Origin: a virus
Lineage: Duplodnaviria; Heunggongvirae; Uroviricota; Caudoviricetes
Direction: 5' to 3' (one strand)
Length of the DNA stretch: 64,000 nucleotides
IMG/VR virus record: IMGVR_UViG_3300026549_000060
Location: 1-64,000 of that record
Part shown: positions 21,746 to 30,298 of the stretch, one piece after another
Position numbering within the stretch: the first letter of the stretch is position 1
Layout: each line of letters starts with the position of its first letter
The notes under the pieces: model-generated
Database searches by the model: none
What the model saw: the letters and a program-made list of their open reading frames with translations, nothing else
What the model was told of the DNA's origin: nothing
Made by a program: the position numbers and the translations under genes

Positions 21746-22282
21746 TCATTGCTTATCAATTACACTAATTGTGCATCCAGTATAAACTGTTTTATATGTT
21801 GGCAACACTTCTGGAAAGCTGCTTCCCTTTTTGAATATTTGGATAAATGTATTTGGGGCTGTCCCACTAAAAATAACTATCATCGAAGGAAATGGGGCTG
21901 AGTTTTTGCTATTACCAAACTTAAGCCTACCCTTAATAAAAATGATATCTCCCTTTACACAGTACTTATGAAACCATTTAGTGTCAGTTCTAGCTGGGAG
22001 AAGAAGTACTCCTACATTATCATCATGCTTATATGCTTCATTATAAGCTTTTTCTACCCATTTACCAATATCCCTTCCATAAGGAGGGTTCATCCAAAAA
22101 ACCCCATCCCAATCTTGTTTAAGTCCATCCATTTCTTTTGTAAAATACTTTTCACATTTATGATTAGTTTCATCGGCACATACATCCAAAGTAAAATGAT
22201 AAATACTGTTAAAATAATCAAACAAATCCTGTGGAGTTGCCCATTCATCTGTTTTACTGCTAAACATAACATCTGTATTCAT
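21746..22282 (-). CDS. dam: phage Dam-family DNA N6-adenine methyltransferase
   Basis: DEWATPQDLFD...FTLDVCA...WMNPPYG (DPPY-type motif IV). Architecture matches phage T1-like Dam (PF05869). Confidence 0.75.
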   Translation of the reverse strand: MNTDVMFSSKTDEWATPQDLFDYFNSIYHFTLDVCADETNHKCEKYFTKEMDGLKQDWDGVFWMNPPYGRDIGKWVEKAYNEAYKHDDNVGVLLLPARTDTKWFHKYCVKGDIIFIKGRLKFGNSKNSAPFPSMIVIFSGTAPNTFIQIFKKGSSFPEVLPTYKTVYTGCTISVIDKQ

Positions 22283-22313
22283 TAATGAATACCTCCCTAA
22301 TCTTTATAAGAAG

Positions 22314-22342
22314 ATATTACCAGAAAGTAAAATAGTTGTCAA
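22314..22342 (-). promoter_or_regulatory. sigma70-type promoter for dam (TTGACA-N17-TAATAT on the minus strand)
   Basis: Minus-strand read: tacTTGACAactattttactttctggTAATAT. A member of the recurrent TACTTGACAA promoter family. Confidence 0.5.
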
Positions 22343-22420
22343 GTAGAAATGTGATGAACTTTGCATATATATTTTATTACTGTGTCATTCTTATTATAAA
22401 TCTTAAAGGAGCGTGTTATT

Positions 22421-22774
22421 ATGACAATTGTTAATCTCACCCCTCACGAAATCAACATCAAAACTAGTAACGGCATGATTAGTATTCCACCATCTAATCT
22501 GCCTCCTGTAAGATTGGTGGAAAAAACTGAAACAAGAAAAACTATCGAAACATCTGAAGGAGAAATTACTGTTAGTGCCAAATACTTTGGGGAAGTAAAG
22601 AATCTTCCTTCTTCAGAAGAAGGCAAAGTGTTTGTTGTATCAGCAATCGCAGGAACTGCAATATGGGAGCTTCTTCCAGAAAGAAGAAAAGATGTATTCA
22701 TTACTGGAGAAGCAATCAGAGATAGCGCTGGGAAGCACATTGGATGTAACGGCCTTTGCTGCTATCCTAAATAA
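22421..22774 (+). CDS. hypothetical protein
   Basis: Strong RBS aaaggagcg. Followed by a perfect terminator hairpin. Confidence 0.5.
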   Translation: MTIVNLTPHEINIKTSNGMISIPPSNLPPVRLVEKTETRKTIETSEGEITVSAKYFGEVKNLPSSEEGKVFVVSAIAGTAIWELLPERRKDVFITGEAIRDSAGKHIGCNGLCCYPK

Positions 22775-22810
22775 AACTAGGGGACTATTGATAGTCCCCT
22801 AGTTTTATTA
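22772..22810 (+). terminator. Rho-independent terminator
   Basis: aaactaggggact attgat agtcccctagttt, followed by a T-run. Confidence 0.6.
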
Positions 22811-22839
22811 ACATATTTTTATATGTATATTATATTAGC

Positions 22840-23122
22840 GCTGTTTCAGTTTTAGGGGCAGCGTATTACGGTAAACTCAAGCCGTAAAGTTGAGTAAGGT
22901 GAAAGTCTCTCTTACCTAAAGCAGAGAGTCTAGGTCCAACGTAACACGTAACTCAGGGACCGAAAGCACTAGCTGCAAGTGTGCCTACCAGCATGGGCAA
23001 AGCAGCGTTGGAAAGATATTCACAGCACCCTAAGGGCGACTTTCCAAACTATTTAATCTTAGGGGTCCAGACTGAAAGGAGGAAAGGGTGTAGTCTGGAT
23101 TATTCACCAAGGAGGTGAAAGA
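22840..23122 (+). ncRNA. GC-rich structured leader or cis-regulatory RNA (unclassified) upstream of a small ORF
   Basis: About 280 nt at about 50% GC in a 30% GC genome. Several local stems (actcaa/ttgagt, ccagact/agtctgg). No match to riboswitch consensus sequences I can recall. Confidence 0.3.
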
Positions 23123-23344
23123 ATGAACGAAGTGAAGTTTATCGTCATCGCGGTCATCGACCGTGAAGACGAAAGCTTCTACTGGGACGTTCGCACATCC
23201 AACCCCGCCGAAGCGGAGCTGGAGGTGCGCGTCGTTCTCGCTCAGAAGCCCAGCAGAAAATTGCAGGGCCGATGGATCGAGGACGAAACCGGTCGCGTCC
23301 TTCTGTGGTTCAATCCCAAGAGCCACAGATGGGAGCGCTGGTAG
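23123..23344 (+). CDS. hypothetical GC-rich small protein (73 aa)
   Basis: Strong RBS aaggaggtg 8 nt upstream. Followed by a hairpin and T-run terminator at about 23360-23395. Foreign base composition. Confidence 0.4.
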   Translation: MNEVKFIVIAVIDREDESFYWDVRTSNPAEAELEVRVVLAQKPSRKLQGRWIEDETGRVLLWFNPKSHRWERW

Positions 23345-23359
23345 CGTCTCCGTAGAGGC

Positions 23360-23395
23360 GAAAAGAGACCCTGACTGGAAGGGGTTTCTTTTTGC
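23360..23395 (+). terminator. Rho-independent terminator closing the GC-rich islet
   Basis: aaaagagaccc...ggggtttcttttt. Confidence 0.45.
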
Positions 23396-23406
23396 TTACT
23401 CTTGAA

Positions 23407-23850
23407 TTAGTTTTGAACAGTAATCTGTATTGATGGCAAATACTCATTACTCCATTCATCAGTAATCAAAACATTTCCACCATTATTTAGTTTTGCATAC
23501 ATATTCAATATAAATACAGACTTATCTTGGATAAATGTACAAGGTAAATTATCCCGATTATTCAATTGAGCTTTAATAAGATTTGCAATTTGACTTTTAA
23601 TATCTTCATAAACATTGATGTGGCTTTCTTCAGAATAAACGTTTAAATGAGTATCGTCCAGCACATTTATCATAAGTCTGCAATACATAGTATTTAAATC
23701 GATACTAAACTCAGTACAGATTTTTTCTGCAATCCACGGAACCACATCATATAAATTATTTGATTCAACAACATATTCATCACTTTTCCAGCGGCTAATT
23801 TCAATACTTTTATACCCACAATACCTAGTAACTGTTGCAGTAATTTTCAT
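23407..23850 (-). CDS. hypothetical protein
   Basis: ORF. Confidence 0.45.
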   Translation of the reverse strand: MKITATVTRYCGYKSIEISRWKSDEYVVESNNLYDVVPWIAEKICTEFSIDLNTMYCRLMINVLDDTHLNVYSEESHINVYEDIKSQIANLIKAQLNNRDNLPCTFIQDKSVFILNMYAKLNNGGNVLITDEWSNEYLPSIQITVQN

Positions 23851-23869
23851 AATCTACTCCTCCTATTGT

Positions 23870-25561
23870 TTAAATATCAGTATCTTCAAGTCTTTCTTCA
23901 AACTTACTAACATTTTCATACTTATCCACAGAGATATCTACATTATTAATAACTTTAGGGTTAACTACTTCGTTAGGATAGTTCAGCATTCTGTAAGTAG
24001 GATAGTCAATATATACTGGGAATTTAACATTATCCTGGCCCATTCTGTTTTTATCAATAATACAATAGACAGGTTCAATAGTATCTAAAGTGTTCTTAAA
24101 CTGATCATGTTCATCATAGAAGTCTTTATCAATTTTTTCTTCAGAGAATTCTTCTTGAACACTCAGATCAGTTTCTTCTTTAGACTTAAAGTTAAAGATA
24201 GCGAAAAAGTCAACATTTTCTCTTTTTCTAATTGACCCAGCAATATTTCCACCATTCATATTAAATTCAGAACTATTACCTTTACCCTTATTCTTATAAG
24301 TATCTCTGTTAAGCTGAGTAACCGTTACAATAGGAATATTAAGGCTAATAGATAGGGATTTAAGTTCATCTACAATATAGCCTAAATCCCTCCATTCTTG
24401 ATCTGATTTAGAAGCATTTACAGCAGACATTTTATCTGCATAATCTACAAACAGAATATCTACTTTAGTACCAGTACTTCTTTCAATATCGGTAATAATG
24501 GTTTGGATATCATAGATATCAATACTTTTAGCAGGTCTATAAGTAATATTAATTCTAGTATTATCTGGATTAAAGACTTCTTTAATCTGATAATCATACT
24601 CTTCTTTAGTAAGAACTTTATTATTAAAGTTGTTCTCAATTTCAACAATAGATTGACCTAAAGCACAACATACAAATCTATCACCAGTCTCTTTAGTACT
24701 ATTTTCAAGAGATACATAAAGTACTGTATGCTTATTAGAATCCTCTTTATATTTTTCATCAAGAAACAACTTAGCTCTATAAGCAAAATTAACTAGTACT
24801 AGAGATTTTCCTCCACCTGAAATTCCACCAAACATATAAATTCTTTGATTCTGGAATCCACCCTGAAGGATCTTATCAAACATCTTATAACCAGTACTAA
24901 TCTTAGTTACTTCATTGTTATTAGTAATAAGGTCTGTAATAGTTACTGTAGACAAATCTAATGAATTAGCGGCATCATAAGTGTAAGACTGAACATCAAG
25001 TAAAGCATTTCCTAAAATAGTATGGAGTTTAGTAACAAGTTCATTCCAAGAATTACATTCAAGATATCCATTATTAATAAATTTCTTCAATAGCTCAATT
25101 TGCCCCAAAGCATTGAACATACATTTCTTATTAGAAAAACTTGTTTGAATTTCATTAACTACATCAAGAATAAGTTCTTCTTGTTTAGCAATAGATAACG
25201 CTTTATTTTTATCTTCAATAGATAGTTCAACATCATTATCAATAAAAGCCTTATACTTCTCTAAAGCAATATCTCCATCAATTACTTTATTATTTAGTGT
25301 AAATGATTTAGAGATGTAGGTAAGCATCTTCTGTTGAAGTTTATCCAAAGAAATAAATTCAACATATTGCTGAGATTGCTTATTTTTTACCTTATCAATA
25401 AAGGTCTTAAATTCTTTACACAGATATGATGCAGATTTAATTACTAGAGGATCATTCTTTTTACCAAAAACTAATCTGGAATATACCGAAAGAAACTCTT
25501 CACCCATAAATTCCTTATCTTTATCCAAAATCTCCCTAAGTTGTACTAACATACTATCCAT
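23870..25561 (-). CDS. DnaB-like replicative DNA helicase
   Basis: ISTGYKMFDKILQGGFQNQRIYMFGGISGGGKSLVLVNFA (Walker A) followed by VLYVSLENS (the SLEM-like motif). Confidence 0.65.
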   Translation of the reverse strand: MDSMLVQLREILDKDKEFMGEEFLSVYSRLVFGKKNDPLVIKSASYLCKEFKTFIDKVKNKQSQQYVEFISLDKLQQKMLTYISKSFTLNNKVIDGDIALEKYKAFIDNDVELSIEDKNKALSIAKQEELILDVVNEIQTSFSNKKCMFNALGQIELLKKFINNGYLECNSWNELVTKLHTILGNALLDVQSYTYDAANSLDLSTVTITDLITNNNEVTKISTGYKMFDKILQGGFQNQRIYMFGGISGGGKSLVLVNFAYRAKLFLDEKYKEDSNKHTVLYVSLENSTKETGDRFVCCALGQSIVEIENNFNNKVLTKEEYDYQIKEVFNPDNTRINITYRPAKSIDIYDIQTIITDIERSTGTKVDILFVDYADKMSAVNASKSDQEWRDLGYIVDELKSLSISLNIPIVTVTQLNRDTYKNKGKGNSSEFNMNGGNIAGSIRKRENVDFFAIFNFKSKEETDLSVQEEFSEEKIDKDFYDEHDQFKNTLDTIEPVYCIIDKNRMGQDNVKFPVYIDYPTYRMLNYPNEVVNPKVINNVDISVDKYENVSKFEERLEDTDI

Positions 25562-25646
25562 TTAAACTAACCCTCCTTATATAAAAAAGAAGTGGTACAC
25601 CTCTCTATATGAGAAGTATACCACTTCGAATGTTTTATGTCAAGCC

Positions 25647-26084
25647 TTAAAGGTCAACATCCTTAATCACATCACCAACAGGTGCTTCCAGCTTATCCTC
25701 AGAAGTATATGATGTGCTAGGATTATCACGCTTAGGGGAATCCAGGAATTTGAAATCATCTGCCATAACCACTGTAATAGTGTTCTTCTTTTCAGGGTTA
25801 TTTTCATCTTCCCACATTCGAGTTTCAATATGGCCAATAATCATAACATTTCTACCCTTTTTAAGGTATTTAGCCATTCTTTCAGCATTCTTGCCCCAGC
25901 ACTGAACAAGAGGTGCATCAGTAGCTTCCTTACGTTCAAGCTCTCCACTTTCACCCTTAGTGTAATAGCTTCTATTCACAAAGAGCCTAAAAGAGGTGAA
26001 ATAACGACCTGATTCATAAACCTTATAAAAAGGATCTGCACCAAGATTTCCACAAAGAATAACCTGATTAAACTGAGCTGCCAT
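25647..26084 (-). CDS. ssb: single-stranded DNA-binding protein
   Basis: N-terminal NQVILCGNLGADP OB-fold signature. Acidic C-terminal tail. Confidence 0.75.
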   Translation of the reverse strand: MAAQFNQVILCGNLGADPFYKVYESGRYFTSFRLFVNRSYYTKGESGELERKEATDAPLVQCWGKNAERMAKYLKKGRNVMIIGHIETRMWEDENNPEKKNTITVVMADDFKFLDSPKRDNPSTSYTSEDKLEAPVGDVIKDVDL

Positions 26085-26107
26085 TATACATCAATTCCTT
26101 TCAATTA

Positions 26108-26791
26108 TTAATTATTGTCTTCAGAAGGAGCTTCTTCAGTTCCATTGTCTTCATCAATTTCAATATCAGCAGCTTCAAGATCATTCCAATCCTGAGCATC
26201 AAGATACTGAGAAATATCACTGTCGGGGTCAGTTGGATCATAACCCATATTCACCGCATAAACAATTTCATTATTGATAGTCATCTTCTCTGTAGCTACT
26301 GAGAAACCTTCATTAAGTCTGCTAAGAATTCCAGTTCTAAAATCATTCATCATCATACTAATGTCTGAGAAGATTTCTCCAATAAATCTAGCCCTAACTC
26401 TATAATACTTAGCAAGAAGTTTTGCTTTAGCTACTTCTTTACCAAACTCTTCATTCCAAGTATCATTAGTTTCTGGATTACACTTTGCTACTGCAAAAAA
26501 CTTATCTGGAAACTCTTCAAGGAGTTTCTTATCGATAAGGTCAGCAACAAAATTACAATCACCATTCCTATGAACTGCTGTGCAATTATAAACAAAATTA
26601 ACAAAATCACGATTGCAATTTGTCATAAATGCACACACTACACCTTTGTCCTTATTAATACGATACTCAATCATAGTTTCTGCTCCTTCTTTGTCTGTTA
26701 TTTTTGCCCTTATTAGGGTCTGCTCGTTTTGACGTATTCTTGTGATAACCCTTATCCTTTTTCTTTTTGGTGTAATCCCAAGAATCCTCAT
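26108..26791 (-). CDS. hypothetical protein with an acidic C-terminal tail
   Basis: ORF adjacent to ssb. Acidic DIEIDEDNGTEEAPSEDNN tail. Confidence 0.4.
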   Translation of the reverse strand: MRILGITPKRKRIRVITRIRQNEQTLIRAKITDKEGAETMIEYRINKDKGVVCAFMTNCNRDFVNFVYNCTAVHRNGDCNFVADLIDKKLLEEFPDKFFAVAKCNPETNDTWNEEFGKEVAKAKLLAKYYRVRARFIGEIFSDISMMMNDFRTGILSRLNEGFSVATEKMTINNEIVYAVNMGYDPTDPDSDISQYLDAQDWNDLEAADIEIDEDNGTEEAPSEDNN

Positions 26792-26864
26792 CCAGCTTAA
26801 ACTTCTTAAGTTCTTTTCCCATACCTAATTGAATCTACTTCGCTCCTTTTTATAAGATTATTTA

Positions 26865-27860
26865 CTACCAACCTATATCATTAGGATCATCAACTTTAAT
26901 CCCAAAGATATCACAAAAATTAGAAATACGATCATCAACTGCAAATTCTTGCATTTTATTATAATTAATTCTAAACTTAGTTAAATCTAATGTACCATTA
27001 GTAGGAATAGTAATACAATCTAACTTACCTTCTTTACCCATTGTACCAGATCGAACTAAATCTGTCAAGCGTCTTTGTGTATCTGAATCAAATTGACCTA
27101 TATCAATTTCTTCCAAGTCAAATCTATAGCCTCTATCCATTACTCTAAAGGTACTTCCATAAATTGCATTATATACCAACATAGATTTAACTGATCTTGG
27201 CAGTCTATCTTGGGCATAGTTTTCTTTATTCCAAGAACTTGGAATAGCACAATAAACTGTACCTGTTTTTAACTGCTCAACATATCTACCTCTATAATCA
27301 TCAATCTTAGTGGTAAGCTCTTCTTTACTGATTCCTTTCTTAAGGATATGCTCAATAAAATCATTTAACATATCTCTGCTAAATTGAGGATAATCAGATC
27401 TTACAACTTCTATACCACTAATACTGATTTTATCCAAAGGCTTTCCTTCTTTGGAAACTAACCAAATAGCATACTTCTTTTTGATTTCCAGAAACAAAGC
27501 TCTTCTAATAACAAGTTCCTGTTTAAAATTAAAGTTAAACTTTTTAGCCGAAGATTCTGTAGGAGATGTATTATGCATATTAAGAAGTTCATGAATCATT
27601 ACATTATTAATATACTGTGCTACAGATTCATTCAATTCAATAACTTTATCTATCTTTTCCTTGTCAGAAATTTCATCATAATCTTTTCCATAAATTGCTT
27701 TCAATGCATCGCCATATTTAGTAAAAATTGAATCTGTATTATGAACTAATATGTCATTTGCAAAAAAACAATGATCATCATCTGGCATTTCAATATCATA
27801 TACATCAATAGGTTCTTCTGGAGTAATCACTTCTATTGATTTAACACTCTCTATCTTCAT
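26865..27860 (-). CDS. Family-B DNA polymerase C-terminal fragment, beginning with a C-terminal split-intein half (IntC about 41 aa; 27738..27860)
   Basis: MKIESVKSIEVITPEEPIDVYDIEMPDDDHCFFANDILVHN is an intein block F/G ending in HN. It is followed by TDSIFTKYGD..., the C-extein that continues pol motif C (YGD|TDS). Confidence 0.8.
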   Translation of the reverse strand: MKIESVKSIEVITPEEPIDVYDIEMPDDDHCFFANDILVHNTDSIFTKYGDALKAIYGKDYDEISDKEKIDKVIELNESVAQYINNVMIHELLNMHNTSPTESSAKKFNFNFKQELVIRRALFLEIKKKYAIWLVSKEGKPLDKISISGIEVVRSDYPQFSRDMLNDFIEHILKKGISKEELTTKIDDYRGRYVEQLKTGTVYCAIPSSWNKENYAQDRLPRSVKSMLVYNAIYGSTFRVMDRGYRFDLEEIDIGQFDSDTQRRLTDLVRSGTMGKEGKLDCITIPTNGTLDLTKFRINYNKMQEFAVDDRISNFCDIFGIKVDDPNDIGW

Positions 27861-27914
27861 TTTCCTTCACCACCCATATAATGATTCTATCAGACTCGGC
27901 ATACTTTGTCAATA

Positions 27915-28540
27915 ATTACACAATATTCTTATTTGTAGGTCCTGTATAGTATGGGCAATACAATACTAATCAGGTATCAATTATACGATATTCTTATTTG
28001 TAAGTCCACATGGTAAAACAATTCCACTACTCCAAAAGCTCATAGTTATACGATACCCTTATTTATAAGTAACGTATAGTGAGTATACCAGAACTGAAAG
28101 AGCACGTCAAGTTATACGATACTCTTTATTTGTAAGTGTCGTATAGTGCTAAAATACTCATGTTTAAAATGTCTGTTATACGATACCCTTATTTGTAAGT
28201 ACCGTATAGTAACATCATTAAATTTCATTTTTACATCACTGTTATACGATACCCTTATTTGTAAGTACCGTATAGTATGTGATGGACCATGCAGGAAGAA
28301 GATAGCGTTATACGATACCCTTATTTGTAAGTACCGTATAGTGATGATGAGGTAATAGCAGTAATAGTTAGAGTTATACGATACCCTTATTTGTAAGTAC
28401 CGTATAGTCACCCAAATCAGCATACTCTTTAATATCATGTTATACGATACCCTTATTTGTAAGTACCGTATAGTTCTTTTTTATCGTCTGTTGTATCTTC
28501 TTTTGTTATACGATACCCTTATTTGTAAGTACCGTATAGT
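27915..28540 (-). CRISPR. CRISPR array with eight conserved 36-bp repeats plus two degenerate terminal repeats
   Basis: Repeat gttatacgatacccttatttgtaagtaccgtatagt at 28045, 28111, 28175, 28241, 28307, 28373, 28439 and 28505. Spacers are 27-30 bp. Degenerate copies lie at 27915-27950 and 27980-28015. The degenerate repeats are distal to the nuclease gene, so I infer transcription on the minus strand from 28541-28750. Confidence 0.85.
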
Positions 28541-28543
28541 ATC

Positions 28544-28640
28544 CTATACGCAAACTCTTACAAATACTGAGTTTATTCAATATTCAGTTGTAAAAAACAG
28601 CATTTTCCATACGTAAAAACAAATAAAAAGTATCGTATCC
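28544..28640 (-). ncRNA. putative tracrRNA-like / leader region carrying two anti-repeat segments
   Basis: ctatacg-caaactc-ttacaaata (28544-28566) is the reverse complement of the repeat's 3' half (tatttgtaag..cgtatag). gtatcgtat (28630-28638) is the reverse complement of the repeat's 5' part (atacgatac). The region lies between the nuclease gene and the array. Confidence 0.35.
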
Positions 28641-28751
28641 GAATAAATCCGGAGGCAGTTAATTTTCATTAACTTTATTTAAATTCACATCGCTGATTCT
28701 GATGATCTTATTTAAATGGGTTTGCCAAACTTACCCAAATACATCCCCTGT

Positions 28752-30236
28752 TTATTTAGGGAATTTAGAATACTTTAGACCTTCAATTACGTCTTTAACT
28801 CTCATCCTAACTGGATGAAATGGATGGTATCCAACCCAACTAAAATCTGGAATTGCTTTTCTCATAATACCCATAGCGCCATTTACATCAGCATTCACCA
28901 ACTTTCCAACCCCAGAAGAAAACAATCCTCTGTGAATTCTTTTACCAAAGTTAGCCTCATCTCTAGTTTCAGGGTCTTCTTTAGTAGCCAAGGGAGCATT
29001 TCTAAGATGATCTGTTTTACTAGTATAAGACTCTTCAACAATCTCGAAGCTTATGCCCCTCATTTTACACTTATATTCGAGTTTGTCAAGTAGTTTTTTA
29101 AAAGGAAAGTTAACAATAATTTGATTATTTTTATGCCCAGTATTGATCTTCTGCTTCATATCTTTATTCCAACCGCAAATAACTCTACAAATATTATAAT
29201 GGAGGCAATATCTAACAATATACTTAGTATATGCATCAACGATATAATTTATACGATTAATATGATTCTTTGTCATTGCTTCAATTCTCTTAGTAGTATA
29301 CTGCTTAGGTCTTTTCTTCCCATTTTCATCAGTAATAACTTCAATCTTATGTTTAAGTTTATCTACCATTAAATGATAAAATCTAATTTTAGATTTCAAA
29401 GCATTACCATCAAGGATAACTGGATTAAGTTTATCATCACTAGTAATTATAGTACAAAAATTTCTAATACCCAAATCAATACTAAGATATCGTTTATTAT
29501 CAAGTTTAGGAACCGATTCATTATACGTATAAATTATTTCAATCTTAAAATATCCTTTTTTAGGAATTATCCTAACTTGGTCAATTCTTTTTCCTTTTAC
29601 ATACTCCGAATTATGTGGCAATTTTTGAAGTGGGATATAAATGCTTTTATTATATCCATCCGTTCCCCTCGGCTTAGGAAACACAAGACTTCTAGTTTTT
29701 GAGTTAATTTTAATAGAAGTACCAGAAAAGTATAATGGGCACAGATCTCCTTTTTTATAAAAACCGGGCTTTCTTGGCATTCCTTTATATTTTTCCGGGT
29801 GCCTACTCCAATCCCCAAGGGATCTTCCATATGATTTTAAATTTTTAGATAGTAATGTTCTAATTACCTCTGTAGTTGCATCTCTACCTACAAGATTTTT
29901 AAGTAGTTCCCAATTACTTTTACCCTCAAGATTTTTAGTATAATACTCACCGTTCTCATCTTGTTCACTGGCATATCTCCTCAAACTCATTACTTTAAAA
30001 AAATCATCGACAGGTTTTTCAAAACCAACGTATTCGTCTGGAAACCAAGGAAAAGACTTACCAGTTTCTTTTTTATATTGTTCTCTAACCGGGTCATAAG
30101 CTTCTTTAAACTCATAAGCATAGTACAGTGTCTGATTATACAAATTCTTAGCAACAGTACATGCTTCTACAAGCCAATCATATACTTCTTCATTTCCAGG
30201 TCTTCTATAAAAGTTAAAACTAGCAGTAAGTTGCAT
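28752..30236 (-). CDS. TnpB/Cas12-like RuvC nuclease (494 aa), the CRISPR-associated effector candidate
   Basis: RuvC-I LSIDLGIRNFCTI, RuvC-II ISFEIVEESYTSKT and RuvC-III NADVNGAMGIMRKA, with a TnpB-like WED region (KGKRIDQVRIIPKKGYFKIEI). No cysteines between RuvC-II and RuvC-III. RBS gaggggg. Confidence 0.8.
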   Translation of the reverse strand: MQLTASFNFYRRPGNEEVYDWLVEACTVAKNLYNQTLYYAYEFKEAYDPVREQYKKETGKSFPWFPDEYVGFEKPVDDFFKVMSLRRYASEQDENGEYYTKNLEGKSNWELLKNLVGRDATTEVIRTLLSKNLKSYGRSLGDWSRHPEKYKGMPRKPGFYKKGDLCPLYFSGTSIKINSKTRSLVFPKPRGTDGYNKSIYIPLQKLPHNSEYVKGKRIDQVRIIPKKGYFKIEIIYTYNESVPKLDNKRYLSIDLGIRNFCTIITSDDKLNPVILDGNALKSKIRFYHLMVDKLKHKIEVITDENGKKRPKQYTTKRIEAMTKNHINRINYIVDAYTKYIVRYCLHYNICRVICGWNKDMKQKINTGHKNNQIIVNFPFKKLLDKLEYKCKMRGISFEIVEESYTSKTDHLRNAPLATKEDPETRDEANFGKRIHRGLFSSGVGKLVNADVNGAMGIMRKAIPDFSWVGYHPFHPVRMRVKDVIEGLKYSKFPK

Positions 30237-30298
30237 TGCCTTGGTTTCCCCCTCAATTGTCTTTTGTTATAACATAACTATACTATATAAAACATTTA

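Noticed and set aside
22840-23400. Assignment to a specific large phage ncRNA family (ROOL/GOLLD) or a specific riboswitch class
   Set aside because: Size and phage context are suggestive, but I could not recognise any family-specific consensus by eye. A strong RBS and an ORF are present. Left as unclassified.
23030-23405. Overlapping ORFs 23030..23326 (-) and 23163..23405 (+)
   Set aside because: Same GC-rich artefact. Only 23123..23344 has a strong RBS and a downstream terminator.
28112-28438. ORFs 28112..28438 (-) and 28146..28355 (+) in the six-frame track
   Set aside because: They lie inside the CRISPR array. Their 'proteins' are just the translated repeat (IRYLQIRVSYN... repeated), so they are not genes.
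27915-28540. Interpretation as a solitary phage mini-array that hijacks a host Cas system
   Set aside because: A RuvC-complete TnpB/Cas12-like gene is immediately adjacent and co-oriented, with anti-repeat sequences in between. That makes a self-contained effector-plus-array unit more parsimonious.
28752-30236. Ordinary IS200/IS605 insertion sequence (tnpA + tnpB)
   Set aside because: There is no Y1-HUH TnpA ORF nearby, no obvious left or right end hairpins, and the 3' flank is a CRISPR array rather than an IS right end.
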